The notes under the pieces: generated by a model
Told to the model about the DNA's origin: nothing
Database searches by the model: none
Seen by the model: only the letters and a program-made list of their open reading frames with translations
DNA from: Phoronis australis
Taxonomy: Eukaryota > Animalia > Phoronida
Direction: 5' to 3'
Length of the DNA stretch: 64,000 nt
NCBI GenBank assembly: GCA_002633005.1
Contig: NMRA01000009.1
Location: 579,456-643,455 of the forward strand
Position numbers and translations under genes: made by a program
Part shown: positions 26,339 to 41,125 of the stretch, one piece after another
How positions within the stretch are numbered: position 1 is the stretch's first letter
Layout: each line of letters starts with the position of its first letter

Positions 26339-27720
26339 GCTTGCAAAATGATTTAAATGATCAAATCTATAAGTTTGTAAACTCAACTCCTGTTACCCTC
26401 TTCATTTGTTATTCTTTGCAGCATTTCACACTTGCCGTGTCCCACTGTGTGTGTCATCAGCTTATGCTCTGTGGCGGTATTACTGCATCATTTTATTTCC
26501 ACTTGAGAATGAAACAAGTATGTTTCGAAATATCGCGTACCTTTTAATCATGTCTCTTGGTCATTTACTGTATCAATATTCTGTTGAGTAAAGTGTTTTA
26601 TTCCAACATACGAAAGAAACGGAATAAAGACTGTAAATAACGAAAAGTGTCATGTCTGCATACTGGAAAACTTGCTCAAGGAGTACCGCCAAACTCCAAA
26701 ATTGTAAACTGTCCTCTCATATTTTTGGACTTACGACACACTTGCAAGTGCAGATTTGTGCACATGACTCATTGTGTGCACACATGTTTGAGTGCCTTGA
26801 AATAGGTAACTGCATGATCCCTACTGATTTACTTGAAGAAATCCCAGTGTAAACGACTATCACCTACACATGATATCAACACCATATTCAGTGTGCATAC
26901 GGAACTGGAATTCTCCTAATAAATACCAAAGCGTCTTGTCTGCTTTCAGGATTTGTGAAAAGTGCTCCAGAGACAAAACGGTTTCCAATTAATGAATAAC
27001 CAAAGGGCCTGTACGTGGGTGTGTTCTTTCCTTACAGGGCTTACACCTGCAAAGAATGTTCAAACAGCTCCACAAGATATCTAAGTGCCAGTGTGACACT
27101 CGGGACACTGTATGTCACAGGATTGGACAAATTCGTTCAGTAAACATAGTCAATAAAGCCTGGCTCTCACTGAATTAACTTCTCAGTTTGGTCATCAATC
27201 AGTGACACCTATTGTCAGGATAAATCCCTCTCCTTACCCCCCAAGATGTCCAGGTGGAATCTCATATAAAACAGACATTTGACAGAGACTACATAGGCAG
27301 GAATTCACTGATATTGTACAGAATTGCTTAGAATCAAGACTGTCAGCTTAGATCTGGGGAATTATATTTTAAATGTGGTTTAAATGAAATGGGATTTCTT
27401 GTTGCTTGTTTTCAGTTCAGCTTGGAGTTAAAGGATGTGCTTTCAAGATAATGATGGTCTGTGTCAATAAATGCTAGCCATGTTCTGAAGGGGCCTCTCT
27501 GAAATAGAGTAACTTTCACATCAAATTACAGGAGTGTAAATAAAGACGATTAAAACATTACTTAGACATGTACATAGCATCTATAGTCTATTGGCTCGTT
27601 CTAAACTTGGAGTAACAGTGCAGTGACATGTACATAGCAGCCATCTATAATCTATTGGCTATTTATAGACTTGAAATATCTTTGAACTGACCGTATTCAT
27701 TAAAATGGGCAAAATAATAG

Positions 27721-29388
27721 CAATAGCGAACTTTTCATATTGGCGCCCTCTAGAGCAGCGACTTCCGCATGTTCCCGACTCAGATTTAGTGGATAGAAAT
27801 TCACTGCTATGTGATATAGTGGTTCATTTATTTAAAAACAGAAGAATAGATCCCATTGTGAACTCTCCTCACACTGTTTGATTAGGTTAAGGTCATAAAT
27901 TCATCTTTTTTACATTAGCAGGGATTTCAATACTACCATTTTATCAGTCGCAGCCACTGACTATGCAGACGCGGATTCTTCATCACAGTGGAAATGTATG
28001 GGACATGATGTCTTCAGCTACGGATATTTCAATGTATGGGACATGATGTCTTCAGCTACGGATATTTCAATGTATGGGACATGATGTCTTCATCTATGGA
28101 TATTTCAATGTATGGGACATGATGTCCTTCATCTATGGATATTTCAATGTATGGGACATGATGTCCTTCATCTATGGATATTTCAATGTATGGGACATGA
28201 TGTCTTCATCTATGGATATTTCAATGTATGGGACATGTCTTCATCTATGGATATTTCAATGTATGGGACATGATGTCCTTCATCTATGGATATTTCAATG
28301 TATGGGACATGATGTCCTTAATCTATGGATATTTCAATGTATGGGACATGATGTCCTTCATCTATGGATATTTCAATGTATGGGACATGATGTCTTCATC
28401 TATGGATATTTCAAGAGATTTGACTTTCCGTAAGCCATTATTATATCCTATTGCACAGCAGTGAAAATTTGCTGGCATTGCGATAGCAGGAAAGATGTTA
28501 AACATAACAATAAGAGAATCCTACATGAGTCTCAGGTTTATGGAATTTCCAAGAGGTTTTGGCCATGTCATGAATCTGAGATGAGTGTAGGATTTGCTTT
28601 CTCAAATGAGCCTTAAAAACAATCTTTTTTTGCTGAAAAACGCAACGTGTCTAAAACTTTCAACCACGCAACACTTTTTTACAAACACGCATGCACAATG
28701 TAAAGTAATTCATTTACTTTTTGTTAATAGGTTTATTTTAAGCTTAACAAATGTAAATTGCATTCACCTTTCGTACAAATATTCAAGTTAGAATCTAATA
28801 AATAGTATTTGGAGTTGTAATATTAAAACTAAAAAAATATCTATAAATAACAGTCAGCAAGGCTTCCCCACGTGTGACTGAGCACTGAATTGACCTTGAG
28901 ACAACACAGCTAGACAGTCTCGCCGCGTTTCTTGAGTTGGAGCTCGTCTCTGTTTGAATGAACGTGGATATAGAGTTCGCCGCCGAAAATGGGTCTGTTT
29001 AAGAAGTTGTTTGCATGTCCTGACTGGGAGTACGTACAGTTGCAACACCCGATTTGTCAACCACAACCTTGTCACCTTCTCGGAATTCTGGCAATGTTTG
29101 GTTGGCGCGTTTGGTTGTTTTAGTGTTTTCCAGGCCATAAAATGTAAGGCGTATGGATTTCTACTTTGCACTACTTTGCGATTTGACCATGTACTATCAA
29201 AAAAATTACGTACTTGGAGTTATTAACCAGTCATGTCATAACATGTGAGAACACTGTTTATACCACTAAATTGAAATCTCCTGTCTGAATCCATAGGTGG
29301 CGCTAAATGCCTGTCCAAAGACATGATCCTCAGTCTACAGAGTTGGTAATTTTCAATATGGCAGGGTTATTTCGAAAGTCAGCTATTG
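27721..29388. mobile_element. Interspersed repeat with short TIRs (caatagc..acttt / aaagtcagctattg), containing a minisatellite and an internal insertion
   Basis: 27940-28480 and 29248-29388 align collinearly with 36607-36923. The termini are imperfect inverted repeats. Confidence 0.6.
27993..28413. repeat. Minisatellite, ~38-39-bp unit, ~11 copies, inside a TE
   Basis: (aatgtatgggacatgatgtc[c]ttcatctatggatatttc)n. Confidence 0.95.
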
Positions 29389-29897
29389 TATTTCTTAACA
29401 AACAAGTAAGCTTAGATCCACAAATTGTTGACAATTTCAAAGGAATGTGCATAAGGTAAGGCCAGACTTCTATCAATATCAGCATAAGAAAACGGCACCA
29501 AAGTATGATGGTTTCGAATGTCACATTATCTGACAAGGTATTTGAAGAAATAATATTAAATAACCAAGATCATCTTCGCCATTTAATGAACTGATAAAAC
29601 AATAAATGTTTAACAGTAACTGTGAATAGTCATGACATTGACAGGTTTAAAGGGAACTGCAGGTTAGGTTGATGGAATGTCATGATCTTCTTGAATTAGA
29701 ACGTTCTAGTTTAACTCTGAGCCATGCCAGACAAAGTTACCAGGGCATGACATGAGTTGACATCAGTGATGGGACAGAAAGAGAGCATTCAGGTCATTAA
29801 ATGTCAAAATTAAAAAAAAATAAACAACTTTTAGAATATGGGGTCTTTTTGACATTTAAGTGACATGAATATGGCACAGGTTTGAGTTTTTGGCTCG

Positions 29898-30247
29898 TCA
29901 CTTTTAAATGTCCATGCTTGAAGATAGCAAGTTTTTACTGAAGGACATCACTTTTAAATGTCCATGCTTGAAGATAGCAAGTTTTTACTGAAGGACATCA
30001 CTTTTAAATGTCCATGCTTGAAGATAGCAAGTTCTTACTGAAGGACATCACTTTTAAATGTCCATGCTTGAAGATAGCAAGTTTTTACTGAAGGGCATCA
30101 CTTTTAAATGTCCATGCTTGAAGATAGCAAGTTTTTAATGAAAGACATCACTTTTAAATGTTCATGCTTGAAGATAGCAAGTTTTTACTGAAGGGCATCA
30201 TTTTTAAATGTCCATGCTTGAAGATAGCAAGTTTTTAATGAAGGACA
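29898..30247. repeat. Minisatellite, 50-bp unit, 7 copies
   Basis: (tcacttttaaatgtccatgcttgaagatagcaagtttttactgaaggaca)n. Confidence 0.95.
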
Positions 30248-32662
30248 CGTGACATGTAGCTCAAGAGTATTCAAATATTATTGTATTTGTGTGCAAATGA
30301 TGGTGACACCCCTTAATTTGAGGAGCAATTCAAGCGTAAAGATAAACATCCTTCCCACACATTTGAACATTTTGTTTTAAGCTGTTTTTACACTGGGAAA
30401 AATCGTCACATCACGGTGCAAAGTGTCACGGTGCAAGGTGTCACGGTGCGACTTGCTCAACTTTAAATGTCTTTACACAACATCAGATCGCAAACTGAAT
30501 CAGCATGAGTCATTTACACAAATACTATCTGTGCATGCTCGCATGAACAATAGCGAACATACAAACCATGTGGAATGCAAGTGGATCACCCATATACATG
30601 CTATTGCGCAAGCGCATTGAAACATGATCCCTCTCTCCCGTGCCCCAGATGTGCCCTCTACCTATCAAACCGGTGTCAAAAATGGCCGCCGCCATATAAA
30701 CTAGCGCCGCCATATAAACTAGCTTCGTGTCAGTCGTGTTTACACACACTTGCACCAGATCAGCTGTTTCATGGTAGTTGCTTCGGCTTATAAGCCCTTG
30801 TTCAACTTGGTGCCCAACCCTAATTTTTGAATTTCCCAATTTAAGCACCTTGGGCAGAAGACTGAAATCATGAGGGATATCTGATTTTTGAGAAAGGGAG
30901 CAAAATGGAACATTGTCAGAAATTGACTGTGGGTTTGTTTATTCTGACAAACATGCAAAATGAATTAAGGATATGAGTAATGTTACATCATCACAAGAGG
31001 ACTCAAGTTGACATGTAACAGGCTGATGAGCAAGTTGGCAAGGTTGTTTATATCAGCCTGGTATGTAAGTAAACTGTGGTCCCACTGAAATCATGTTGGC
31101 TTCATTAGAGTTAAAGCCTTGATGGAATGTTGGCCCATGACTACAAACCATTATATGGGGTTTACCTATATCCCTTCATAATCATTGCTGGCAGCTGACC
31201 TGCCAAGCAAACACAAAATGGAGCCACTGTCTTTTGCAGCCTTGAAATTAAATGGTTATTAAATGAAAATTCTGTTACAAGTGACAAATGGCAGTAGGGT
31301 TGAGTTTCACAGATGCAAGAATCTTGCAAAGGAAGCTAGAGTGACCATATGCTTTGCTTGCAATATATGACAATATCTCAAAGCCTTGCTAGAATGGAAC
31401 GAACAGACTTTGAATATGTTAAGGTGGATCACGGCATACACCATGACTTTACATAAGATTTCTGTTTAAACATACCAGCATAAAGTCAGAGATAGCCATG
31501 ACAAACTTTTTTTAATTGAACAGAGCATACAGTTATTTTGCTATTAACAGGCATGCCATCAGGGTGCATTGGTCATGGTAAGTAGAGTAGCTAGACTGCA
31601 CACTTGTAAACAGCACACTAACACTCCCAATGGGGGACACGGTTCCAGTGACCCTTTCCAAGTAACGACCCAAGCCATGACTCCTCAAGTCATGTTTTAT
31701 TATTGTCAAGAGGACATGCAACTGACTAGTGTTCAGGTGAAAGCACTGTTGAACACAGGCTCACATAGGAAATATGTCACTCTCACAAAGCCAGGTTCCT
31801 GCAACATGTGATTTGACAGTTTTGCTTACAATTAGACCTAATCATACAGTGTTTAAGTGGCAGCCTCTGTGAGAAGGCTCTCCTGTAAATAGCCTGAATG
31901 GCCCACTGATCAGACCAGAACAATAACACCTTGAAAATGAAGAATCATGGCATACATTAGAGATGGAAACTGTCAATTCACTAGCTGTTGAAACCACTGC
32001 AAACATCAACTTTTGATCTACAGTTTGAAGTATGTTAAGTCTTCACTCACACAATATGATAGACAAGCTAAATCTCACTTTGTCAAAAAATTTTCACAAA
32101 AGCACAGATTAAGAAAATTCTAGTCTATAATTGGCATGGTTTGCACTGTTAAGATGTCGCAAAAGATTATTTGGGAAAGTTCCCATTATTTGTATCCTAT
32201 GAAACATTTGGTGCGAAACAAGCGGAAAATAAGCACACTATCTGTCACACATCCTAGCTTTTGCAAAGACCTTTCCCACAATGTTCAATACCAAACAGAT
32301 ACCACCCACTGAGATTTCAATAGTGAAGTACTGTTAAGCCTAACTGCAGAGTTCTCATCATCAAATTAAAGAGAGGTAATTACTAGACACTTTGTATTGC
32401 ATTTTTGACACAGGAAAATTAGCTGTCCATAATCTTTTTGAAGAGTTGTTGGCAAACAGTGCTTGACAAGCTGGTCACATGTGAGATGGGATACTGCACA
32501 CTGTGGATACAAGCGGAGTGTCAGTCATGGAGTAGGTCACTACTGTCACCTCTGTAGTTCAAGAGCTTGGCTCAAGTGGGGGTACAGAGGGGGGTCAGGC
32601 CAATTAATAGTCTCGAGAAGGCTGAAGCAGGGAGGCACCTGAGATTATACGACCGTACTCAC

Positions 32663-32719
32663 CAAAATCACTAGAACAGAAGCTGTCGAGGATTTCTTCA
32701 TCCGTGCATGGTCTGCATT
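32663..32719 (-). CDS. METRNL: Meteorin/METRNL-family protein, exon 3
   Basis: tttccag|..|gtgagt. (E)CRPCTDEEILDSFCSSDF(V), equivalent to the meteorin CRPCSD.E.L...C.SDF motif. 57 nt, phase 1/1. Confidence 0.92.
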
Positions 32720-33300
32720 CTGGAAATACGAGAGAGGACAGTGTACATATAAAAATATACTGGAGATATAATGAACTCCAAAAACATCAAGGCAGATGAA
32801 TATGTTACTATGCAGTGTGGACAACTTTAAGTTATGAGAGAAGTGAAAGACAGCAACTAACATGTGCCATTTGTCAAGGCTCAGGAAACATAAGAGATAA
32901 AAATTTTAAATTTCTTTCAATACCAATGTACGATGTTAACTAGGGCCCTGTTCCACTACAAGGCAGCAACTTTACCATATTATTTACACTGAGTCTAAAC
33001 AGAGGCTTATGTTAAACTTTACAATTAGGTGGTAAGTCTAAATTTAGCCACTGTGTGAAAAACGTAGTTAGGACATTTTAATAAAGCAGACCTCTACACT
33101 ATACTGTGCTACACCCTCTCAACCAGCCTATCATTTTTCATTCTGTTTAAAATAGATTATCATCAAGCTGTACATTTCCATAGTCTGTGAAACAAAAGAG
33201 ATATGAAGAATGGTTTGTTTTTTCAGGACACAAATGTTGATAAGCATACAACCAGAATACCTATGTCCCTCCAATACAAATACATTAATTTTCTAATAGG

Positions 33301-33359
33301 CATGCAGTGAAGTTCATGCAGTTAAGTTCATGCAGTGAAGTTCATGCAGTGAAGTTCAT
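33301..33359. repeat. Tandem repeat, 14-bp unit, 4 copies
   Basis: (catgcagtgaagtt)n. Confidence 0.9.
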
Positions 33360-35753
33360 TCAACAACAGATATCTTGGATTTCATCACATTTTTAAACGT
33401 ACTTTACATAATTATACTGATATATTAATTAATTTGTCTCGTTGACAAGCTGCTAAACATTTTAATACGTATGGTATGGTATTTATAAATACTGATGTTT
33501 TGAATGCTCTAAATCCTGTTTCTGAAATACAACTTCCACTCAAGTCAAAACACTTTATTTACACACCGGAGTAGAAATCTAAAGAAACTTGTTGTGCGAG
33601 AAAACATGAGCAAAGCTGGGTTATTACTAAACAATTCAAGCAAGCCTCAATGCCATAGCGTTTTTCTGTCTAGATTATTGTGATTTCAGTCTGGTAACAA
33701 GCTTAAAACAACACAAAACAACAAGAGTGTTCAAGGCACACAGCTGACAGAGAACAGAGGCTCTAGGTCTGCCAGCCATCAACACTTGTTTGTTTGACTT
33801 CTCTTGGAGCATTTCAAACAGTAGCTAGACAATGGAACAACACTGACTACAGCTCAGACCCTGCCAGCATGAACAGCCCTCAAGTGACATTTGACATCAT
33901 TGTTTTGCTGAACCTCTATAGCTAAATCCCCTCTCTAAATTTTGCAACTGATCATTTTTGAAGCCCACATTTTGGTCAGTTCAGCTTCATGCCCATCCAG
34001 TGGAACTTGGACTGTATGGCAGTGTATGGCCATTTGTTGTTTGGAGGATTCTATCATCATCAATATCAACACCATATAGGACTACTCTAGAATAAGTTTC
34101 AAATTCAGTATTCTGCTCAAATGACTGTAATGATGATAATTAAGTTCAGAATTTCATAACTCAAAGCAAAATGAAAAGTTGATTTCCTATGACATTGTTT
34201 TGATTGCATCAATTTGTGAGGACACAAGGTATCAACTTTCACAATCTGAAAAAGCTCACTCTAGTTGATCAAATAAGCCAGTTCTAATATACCTGGAGTT
34301 ATGCAACAAAGTAAACTTTTCATTTCACTAGATAGGATACACCTGGATACACCTGGCTGTTCAAAGAGAACCAGTCTTTGTCATCAGGAAAGGAAGTTGA
34401 ACCAATGATAACTTGTTACCCAAATATTGTCCCATGTTATGTTTACTGAAAGCTACAGGGCCACTAGCAATTTCCTGTTCTGTGTACAACACTCATACTC
34501 AAAGTGAGTTGTGATTGTAATTTACTTTACCAACATTAAAGCTTTAAGCCGATTTTCTTTCACTGATGGCATAAGTGGGGTCTTTCTAGAAGGCTTCAGA
34601 ACAATTGATTAGAACTATGAAAATAAAGTCAATGATTACAAAGTAAGCAGAACATACAAGAGTGAAGACTCTAGTGAATATACACCATATACACTGTACA
34701 AGTCTCTAAGCATCATAAATCTGGGTGTAAAATGTGAGCTTGAGGTCAATGGGCTAATAAATGTTAAATCATAAACCAAACCTCAGGCATTAGTGACAAC
34801 TGTCAGCCTAGTTATTTCAGTTTCTCTCGGTTTCAATGAAGTAAGACAAATGCAACTAGATATGGTGAAATCTCACAGATTTCAGACCAAAATAATTGTG
34901 AAAATTGCCCTTTTCATTTTTCAACATTGTTGTGAATTTGTCAATTTCCAAAATATTGTCTGACAACACAGGGTGAACAAGGAAAGGCATTAAATTGGAG
35001 CAACATACAGAGTTACAGATCAACGAAAAATGAGAAAATAAAATTGCACAAATCTGCCATGTTGTGTCTCAAATTGGTGAGATTTTACTCTACTGCTGAA
35101 CAAGCTCCGAACAAGCTTTGAACAAGCTTTGATCATGATCAAACTCAGAGTGAACAATATCATGAAAAAGAAACAACTTGATAAAATGATATAAAATTGG
35201 AGTACACAGACTTTACAATCCAACTTGTCTAGGATGTTTGCTCAGGCAAAGAGTGTGTCCTTTATATTTATAGCACAAGCTGTCAAGGTGTCACAGCAAA
35301 ATTGAAGAGAATGTCATTAAAAGTGCAGCAAGTTTAAAACGTGTTGCGTGACAAGCTTCCCACAGGCCATTACGGGTTGAACAAGTCCATTGAGAAGAAT
35401 ACAGGTATGTCTATATAAATCACCTTGGTGACTTCAACAACGCACCCAAAATCTGTGCAGGTATAAAGAATCAGATTGTCACAAGAGTGTAATAACCAAG
35501 GACACAAACAGTGAGACAAATCTGCCAGATACCGTAGTTACTGACCATCACCAGATAAATTGAGACCAGGCTCTACTTATGCCTACTTAAGCCACTGAGA
35601 AGTCATCTTTGAAAACGGCTTGTGGAGGCGAAATACTAGGCTTACCCCTGCTCCATACATCAACGGTAGAATTACTGTACAGTTCAGATACACTAAAAAT
35701 TTCCCAACATATTTATTACTTTGTTCAAGGTCAGAGCTCAACCAGATTTTAGA

Positions 35754-35965
35754 AAAAGGCAATACAGGCCATCCCAAGTAAGTAAAGTGTTTATCTCACA
35801 TCAGTGTAATGGTTAAACAAACAAAAGGCAATACAGGCCATCCCAAGTAAGTAAAGTGTTTATCTCACATCAGTGTAATGGTTAAACAAACAAAAGGCAA
35901 TACAGGCCATCCCAAGTAAGTAAAGTGTTTATCTCACATCAGTGTAATGGTTAAACAAACAAAAG
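35754..35965. repeat. Tandem repeat, 69-bp unit, 3 copies
   Basis: aaaaggcaatacaggccatcccaagtaagtaaagtgtttatctcacatcagtgtaatggttaaacaaac x3. Confidence 0.95.
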
Positions 35966-36074
35966 CCAGCCAAGATGCTAATGACTTTCTAATTTCAGAC
36001 TGTTGATACAAATTGATACAAATTGATACAAATTGCAGAGTCCATTTAAGAATTTTTATGATGAATGCCAAAAC

Positions 36075-36180
36075 TGCCAAGTTACATGAACTTTTTATAC
36101 CGGCTTTGGTAGTTAATGTACATCGAAGTAAGCAGTAGGTGATGTTGTTGTCATCGAAGTAATCACAAAGCAGCACTGAT
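36075..36180 (+). repeat. Dispersed repeat, inverted relative to 42885-42995
   Basis: gttgttgtcatcgaagtaatcacaaag is the exact reverse complement of ctttgtgattacttcgatgacaacaac. Similarity extends ~100 bp. Confidence 0.75.
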
Positions 36181-36283
36181 GCATCGCGTGCACCACAAGG
36201 TAGGACTGATGCATCGCGTGCACCACAAGGCAACACTGATGCATCGCGTGCACCACAAGGCAGCACTGATGCATCGCGTGCAC
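36172..36283. repeat. Minisatellite, 30-bp unit, ~3.7 copies
   Basis: (cactgatgcatcgcgtgcaccacaaggcag)n. Confidence 0.9.
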
Positions 36284-36606
36284 GCTAAGATTTTGTTAAT
36301 GTGACAATTTGGGAACATTTACGTGTGCTAAATGACATAAAATTATTTCTAATTCTATTGCTGATTATTCGAGCAAAATATAATAAGCTATTAGTGACGA
36401 CAGTGTCCTTTAATTGTTGACGATAACAGTGGCACCTGGCGATAACTTCGATGGGATCGAAGTTGACCGTTCACACTGTACCGCAGCATCGACCCTCTGC
36501 TGTTAAATCCACCTGTTTACTGCAAAGTTAACTGGCATGGTTGATTAGGTTATGTTGACTTATTTATTTCAGCTCTTTAACATTGACGGAATCAAAAATC
36601 TCCCAC

Positions 36607-36923
36607 TTTATCAGTGACAGCTAATGACTATACAGTCACGGATTGTTCATTGTAGTGGGAAATGTATGGGACATGTCTTCAGTTATGGATATTTTGACAA
36701 GTTTGCCCCCATAAGTGATTAGTATATCCCACGTAAATCAGTGAAAATTTGCCGACAGCGTGAAAGGTATAGAACGCTGTTTATACCACTAGTTTGAAAC
36801 CTCCACTCCGGATTACATGGGATCTACAGGTGGCGCTGAACGCCTTTCCACCAAAGACCTGACTGCCGTCTGGCGGGTTTGCGAATTTCAATATAGCGTG
36901 GCTATTTTGAAAGTCAGCTATTG
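36607..36923. mobile_element. Second, partial copy of the same repeat family
   Basis: Shares ttatcagt..cagc...tgactat.cag, gaaatgtatgggacatg, cagtgaaaatttgc, ctgtttataccacta, aggtggcgct and gaaagtcagctattg with 27940-29388. Confidence 0.65.
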
Positions 36924-39900
36924 GGCACGGCTGACGATGTCAATGGTTGGGACAAAGTTCAGAATTCAAAATTGTAAGAGTTTGGGTTTTTAGATTTAAT
37001 ACAAAAGGTCATGCATTTTCTCTGAAATGAATCATCTGAACTAATGTTTTAACAATGCCTGCTGGCGGAACACGCTCTCTTTGATCTCTTGATCAAGAAA
37101 ACATGTAAACCTAGCAGCATGGTCAGGACACTGAGCTCACAATCAAGACCATGGTTTTGTAACGGATGTTAACATTCAGAACTTGCAAACCAACATAATT
37201 GGATGGTTATTGTAGCAGAGCCACTTGAAATTAAAGCCGTGTGCCAGACACGAGTCATGTATTTTTTTCCTTAATTCAACTCAGGCCTTCTGCCCTCAGT
37301 TCCAAGTAAACTTTACATTACAGAATTGTTTTGTTCAAGTATTTTAATAGCCCAATAGTATTTCTGTCACTCAGCACAGCACGGGAGGGAGATAAACTGC
37401 TCTTGGTTTCAAGTTGCTTAAGGCAAAAATAACAACCAAGACCTGCACAAAAGTAATAGTATTCACATGAGACACACTAATTAAAGAATTGAGTTTACAT
37501 TTAAAGATTATGCAGTTTCATATTCAGTTTCAAAGTACTTTCCCACAAAACAACACTATCAGAAGAAGATAGGAGTTGCAAAAAATACCAACTGGTATTA
37601 ACACTTACACAAAGTGATGACCTTCTTGAAATAATTGTTTGTTCAAGTGAAGACATGTTTAGGTTGTGTGAGAAATAATGACCCTTAATGACCCTTTTTG
37701 TCAGGATAATTTCTAATTAACATCTGTGACACCACTTGTGTTGACAATTTGTCTTGTGTTTATAATTCACCCTATTGGACCTTCAAAATGATATGAAAAC
37801 ACACTAAATAAGGCTAGATAACTTACAAGTGACAGCTGATTACTATACAAAGCAGACAAGAACTTGTGAGCACCAAATTACAGCAAAAAACTGACTGACA
37901 AATGTGTGTTTAGAAAATTTAAGAATTTTGAAGCCAAAACTGTGGGCTAATTCTTTAGCTTGGATATTCGTAATCTTTGATTTCCTTTATGCTCTCAAAT
38001 AACTTCAACAAAGCTCGATAGATATTGACATAATGCCATCATACTTCTGGCTGAAACTGCACATGAGAGCCAGAGAACATATTTTGGTCTGACTCAAACA
38101 TCTTGTTTCCATAAACACTGTGCTCCATTACCAAGGAGGAAATATTTCCTTTCAACTTGGGAGTTTTTATGACCTTAACAATCTTCAGAAGCTCTGATGT
38201 GCAGCATTCCTTGCCCAATACATTTACCATTTGCTCAAAGTATATTTATATTCCTGATCTTTAACATCAGCTGGCCTGACTTTTTGTTTACGAGTAAAGA
38301 ATAAAAACTAAAGTAATTCTTCACTTATGGCTGATAAGTGAAGTTCTGTTTTGTTAAATTTCTGCACAAAAGTAAAAATTAAGAACATTTTAATCAAGCA
38401 CGACTTGCAGAGTGGAGAGATGATAAAGCAATATATGCCCATGTTGTCATTAGTTACAAAAAGGTAATCAGCCACTGAAAAATTGAAAAATTAACATTTT
38501 AGCAATTATTTTTGTGTGAAATATGGGGTAAACAGAAAAGATAAATGTGACTCACCAAATGGACAGTAATTTAGGTACTATTTATTTATCTAATATTTCT
38601 GCACTATACTGTTTTTATCAAAAACTAAAGTTAATTTGGTAAGTACAAAAGACTTCTAGCTTAATTACGCACTTATGACAGCAGGGGGGCACTTATGACA
38701 GCAGGGGGGGGGGGGNATGCCAGCGGAACTCACAGCTCAATGTGGTCTTCCGATGAAAGTGAAAACATGAACCTCTTTCAAACTCAAAGTAACCAGGTCA
38801 TAACCCCACTCCATAACTCAATGATCAGTTTTAGGCATTGTAACTGACCTAGGTGTCAACACATGACTTTGATATTTCTTTCTGTTGTTGGCCTATGTAG
38901 AAATTGCTGTATGTAAAACAACATGTTTTCTTGAGCAACCAGATATGATATATCTATTGTCTGAATGGTTGTCAATAAAAGAACTAAATTAATCATCGCA
39001 GTCAAAATTAATTCACAATGGCACGTTTTAATAGACATGGTTAAATGTCCAGGTGTAATAAAACCAGTCAACAGGTAAGTAACATGTGGGTGAGTGTGTG
39101 GGAAAAAGAGTTCATTGACAATGCTGTGGCAGCATTAAACATCAATTATGGATGTAACTGACTTTAAGCCGACATACTTTATCACAGCCTAGGTTGAAGA
39201 AGAATATTTGCGGCCCTGTCTCCCAGTAACACAACTCCTGTCAGTGACCAGTGAAGGGCTACAATGTTGACCTTTCGTTTTACCTATCGTGGGAACTTCA
39301 CATTATTATCAAATTTTAACTGCGAAGTAATCAAGCAGAATTATTAAAGAAAAATTATCAGGCAGGAGCGACTACCACAAATACAGCGTTGGGGTCTTGT
39401 TTCTGATCACAGCACTGTAAGCAGAGACATTGACGCTGTTTTATTTAGTGTGTGCACTGTCCTTTCTATCACAAACATAAGTAAACAGTACCTGAGTTAC
39501 AAGAGTCTTTAAGTTCAAACAAAACTTAACACGGCAACCAAATAAATGCAATTGAAATGCCAAAAATAAATGTTTGCAATCCACCCTAGTTCCCACACAG
39601 GTATTCACAAGTAGGACTTCTCTTCCTTGAGCAAACAAACCTTAAAAGCTTGAAGTGGCGACAATAAAGTAATTGAAAAATTTGTCAAAACCAGAGGTAA
39701 ACGAAAAATGAAAGACAACAATGCAGCAACCATGTAATAAGACTACAGACTTGTGAGTTTGTATGGAGTTTGGTGAATTAAACTTGAGTCGTATTCAATG
39801 GAAAAACAGCTAGCAATTGAACTGGCCACAAAGCAGACCTTTGCAGGCAGTGAACTAGGTATGATTAGTTTTGTGAGTTCCAAAATTGTTGGTAGGCTAA

Positions 39901-40739
39901 CAAATGAGCTATTGATGTAGACTCTTTTAATCGGTGTAATGGACTATTGATGTAGACTCTTTTAATGGGTGCAAAGCAGATTGGAATATGGAGTCATAAA
40001 GGATAAATAATGAATAAGGAAATCAAAGTGTCCCCTAATGTTTACATACAGTCATATGATGTGCCAAGTATAGAACAAAGACAGCACTAAACATACTTAG
40101 CTTCACCCAAACCAACACTGAAAGGCTTCCATAGCTGGACCAAGAACATAACTGTTATTCAAACTGGTCTCATTGAAAAATTGTCATTTAGTGTAACCTG
40201 AATTGATCAGTTTGCCAAGGCGGCCATTCAAACACATTACATTTCAAGTGGGACCTCTACTTTGGAGATTTAATATCACTTTAGAGCTTTGAAAACCCTT
40301 AATCTGAACCTTGACTCCGAATTACTAATTTTAATGACCTACACAACACAACGTCTAGTGTCCTTTGAGTTGCTGTGACAGTCACAACATTGCAAACTTT
40401 CAGATCAATCTTAAGACTTTTAGGGTTCACAAGAGAACAAATAATTTGACAAGTAAAATAGCTGCTCTTTATCAAGCAGCAACGCATCACACTTACGGTG
40501 AATAAATGAAGACTAACTATTGTTGAAATATTATCCAGTTTCTAAACTAAGCCTGGTTTAAATAACCACGGCTTTGAGACGCCTGATAAAGTTTAAATAC
40601 AGGAAACGTGGCTGGTAAAAAACATGGCTCAACACGCATAACGTAAAAATAGAACATTTTTTACACACAAAAATCATTTGCTGAAGCTGCTATACAATGA
40701 GAGTTATGAAGATGTTCTAATATCTTAGAGTCCACTTAC

Positions 40740-41125
40740 CCTCCATGGTATCTTTTGGTACTTTCTTAGACATCATCTCGAGATCGTAAGAAAATGAAAA
40801 CCGTCCTGTTGTGGCAGTGTTTGCACTAGCTTCAATAAATAGCATTATTTTTTCACCCTTTGCAACATCAAAGCATATCTCCTTTGCCATCGTTGAGTTA
40901 GCACCAGTTAATGTATTGACGACACTGAGTTTTGCATTAACTACGCGTGATATTTTCACTGTTGTATATTGAGCAGTAGCTGTATAGCAGGCTTGGAATG
41001 CCTCTGGAGATGCTGATAACTGCATGGTTATACGTAGAGCACCGTTTGGAGAGTTCCATGTCACCTCACCCTCTGAGCACTGGGCGAGAATATTCTTGAT
41101 ACCTGCCATCCGACTCTTATCATCC
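40740..41125 (-). CDS. METRNL: Meteorin/METRNL-family protein, exon 2 (CUB-like domain)
   Basis: tttttgcag|..|gtaagt. DDKSRMAGIKNILAQCSEGEVTWNSPNGALRIT...ACY...EICFDV...LFIEA...FSYDL...DTME, matching the meteorin C..G.V.W..P.GAL / LF.EA / F.Y.L pattern. 386 nt. Confidence 0.88.
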
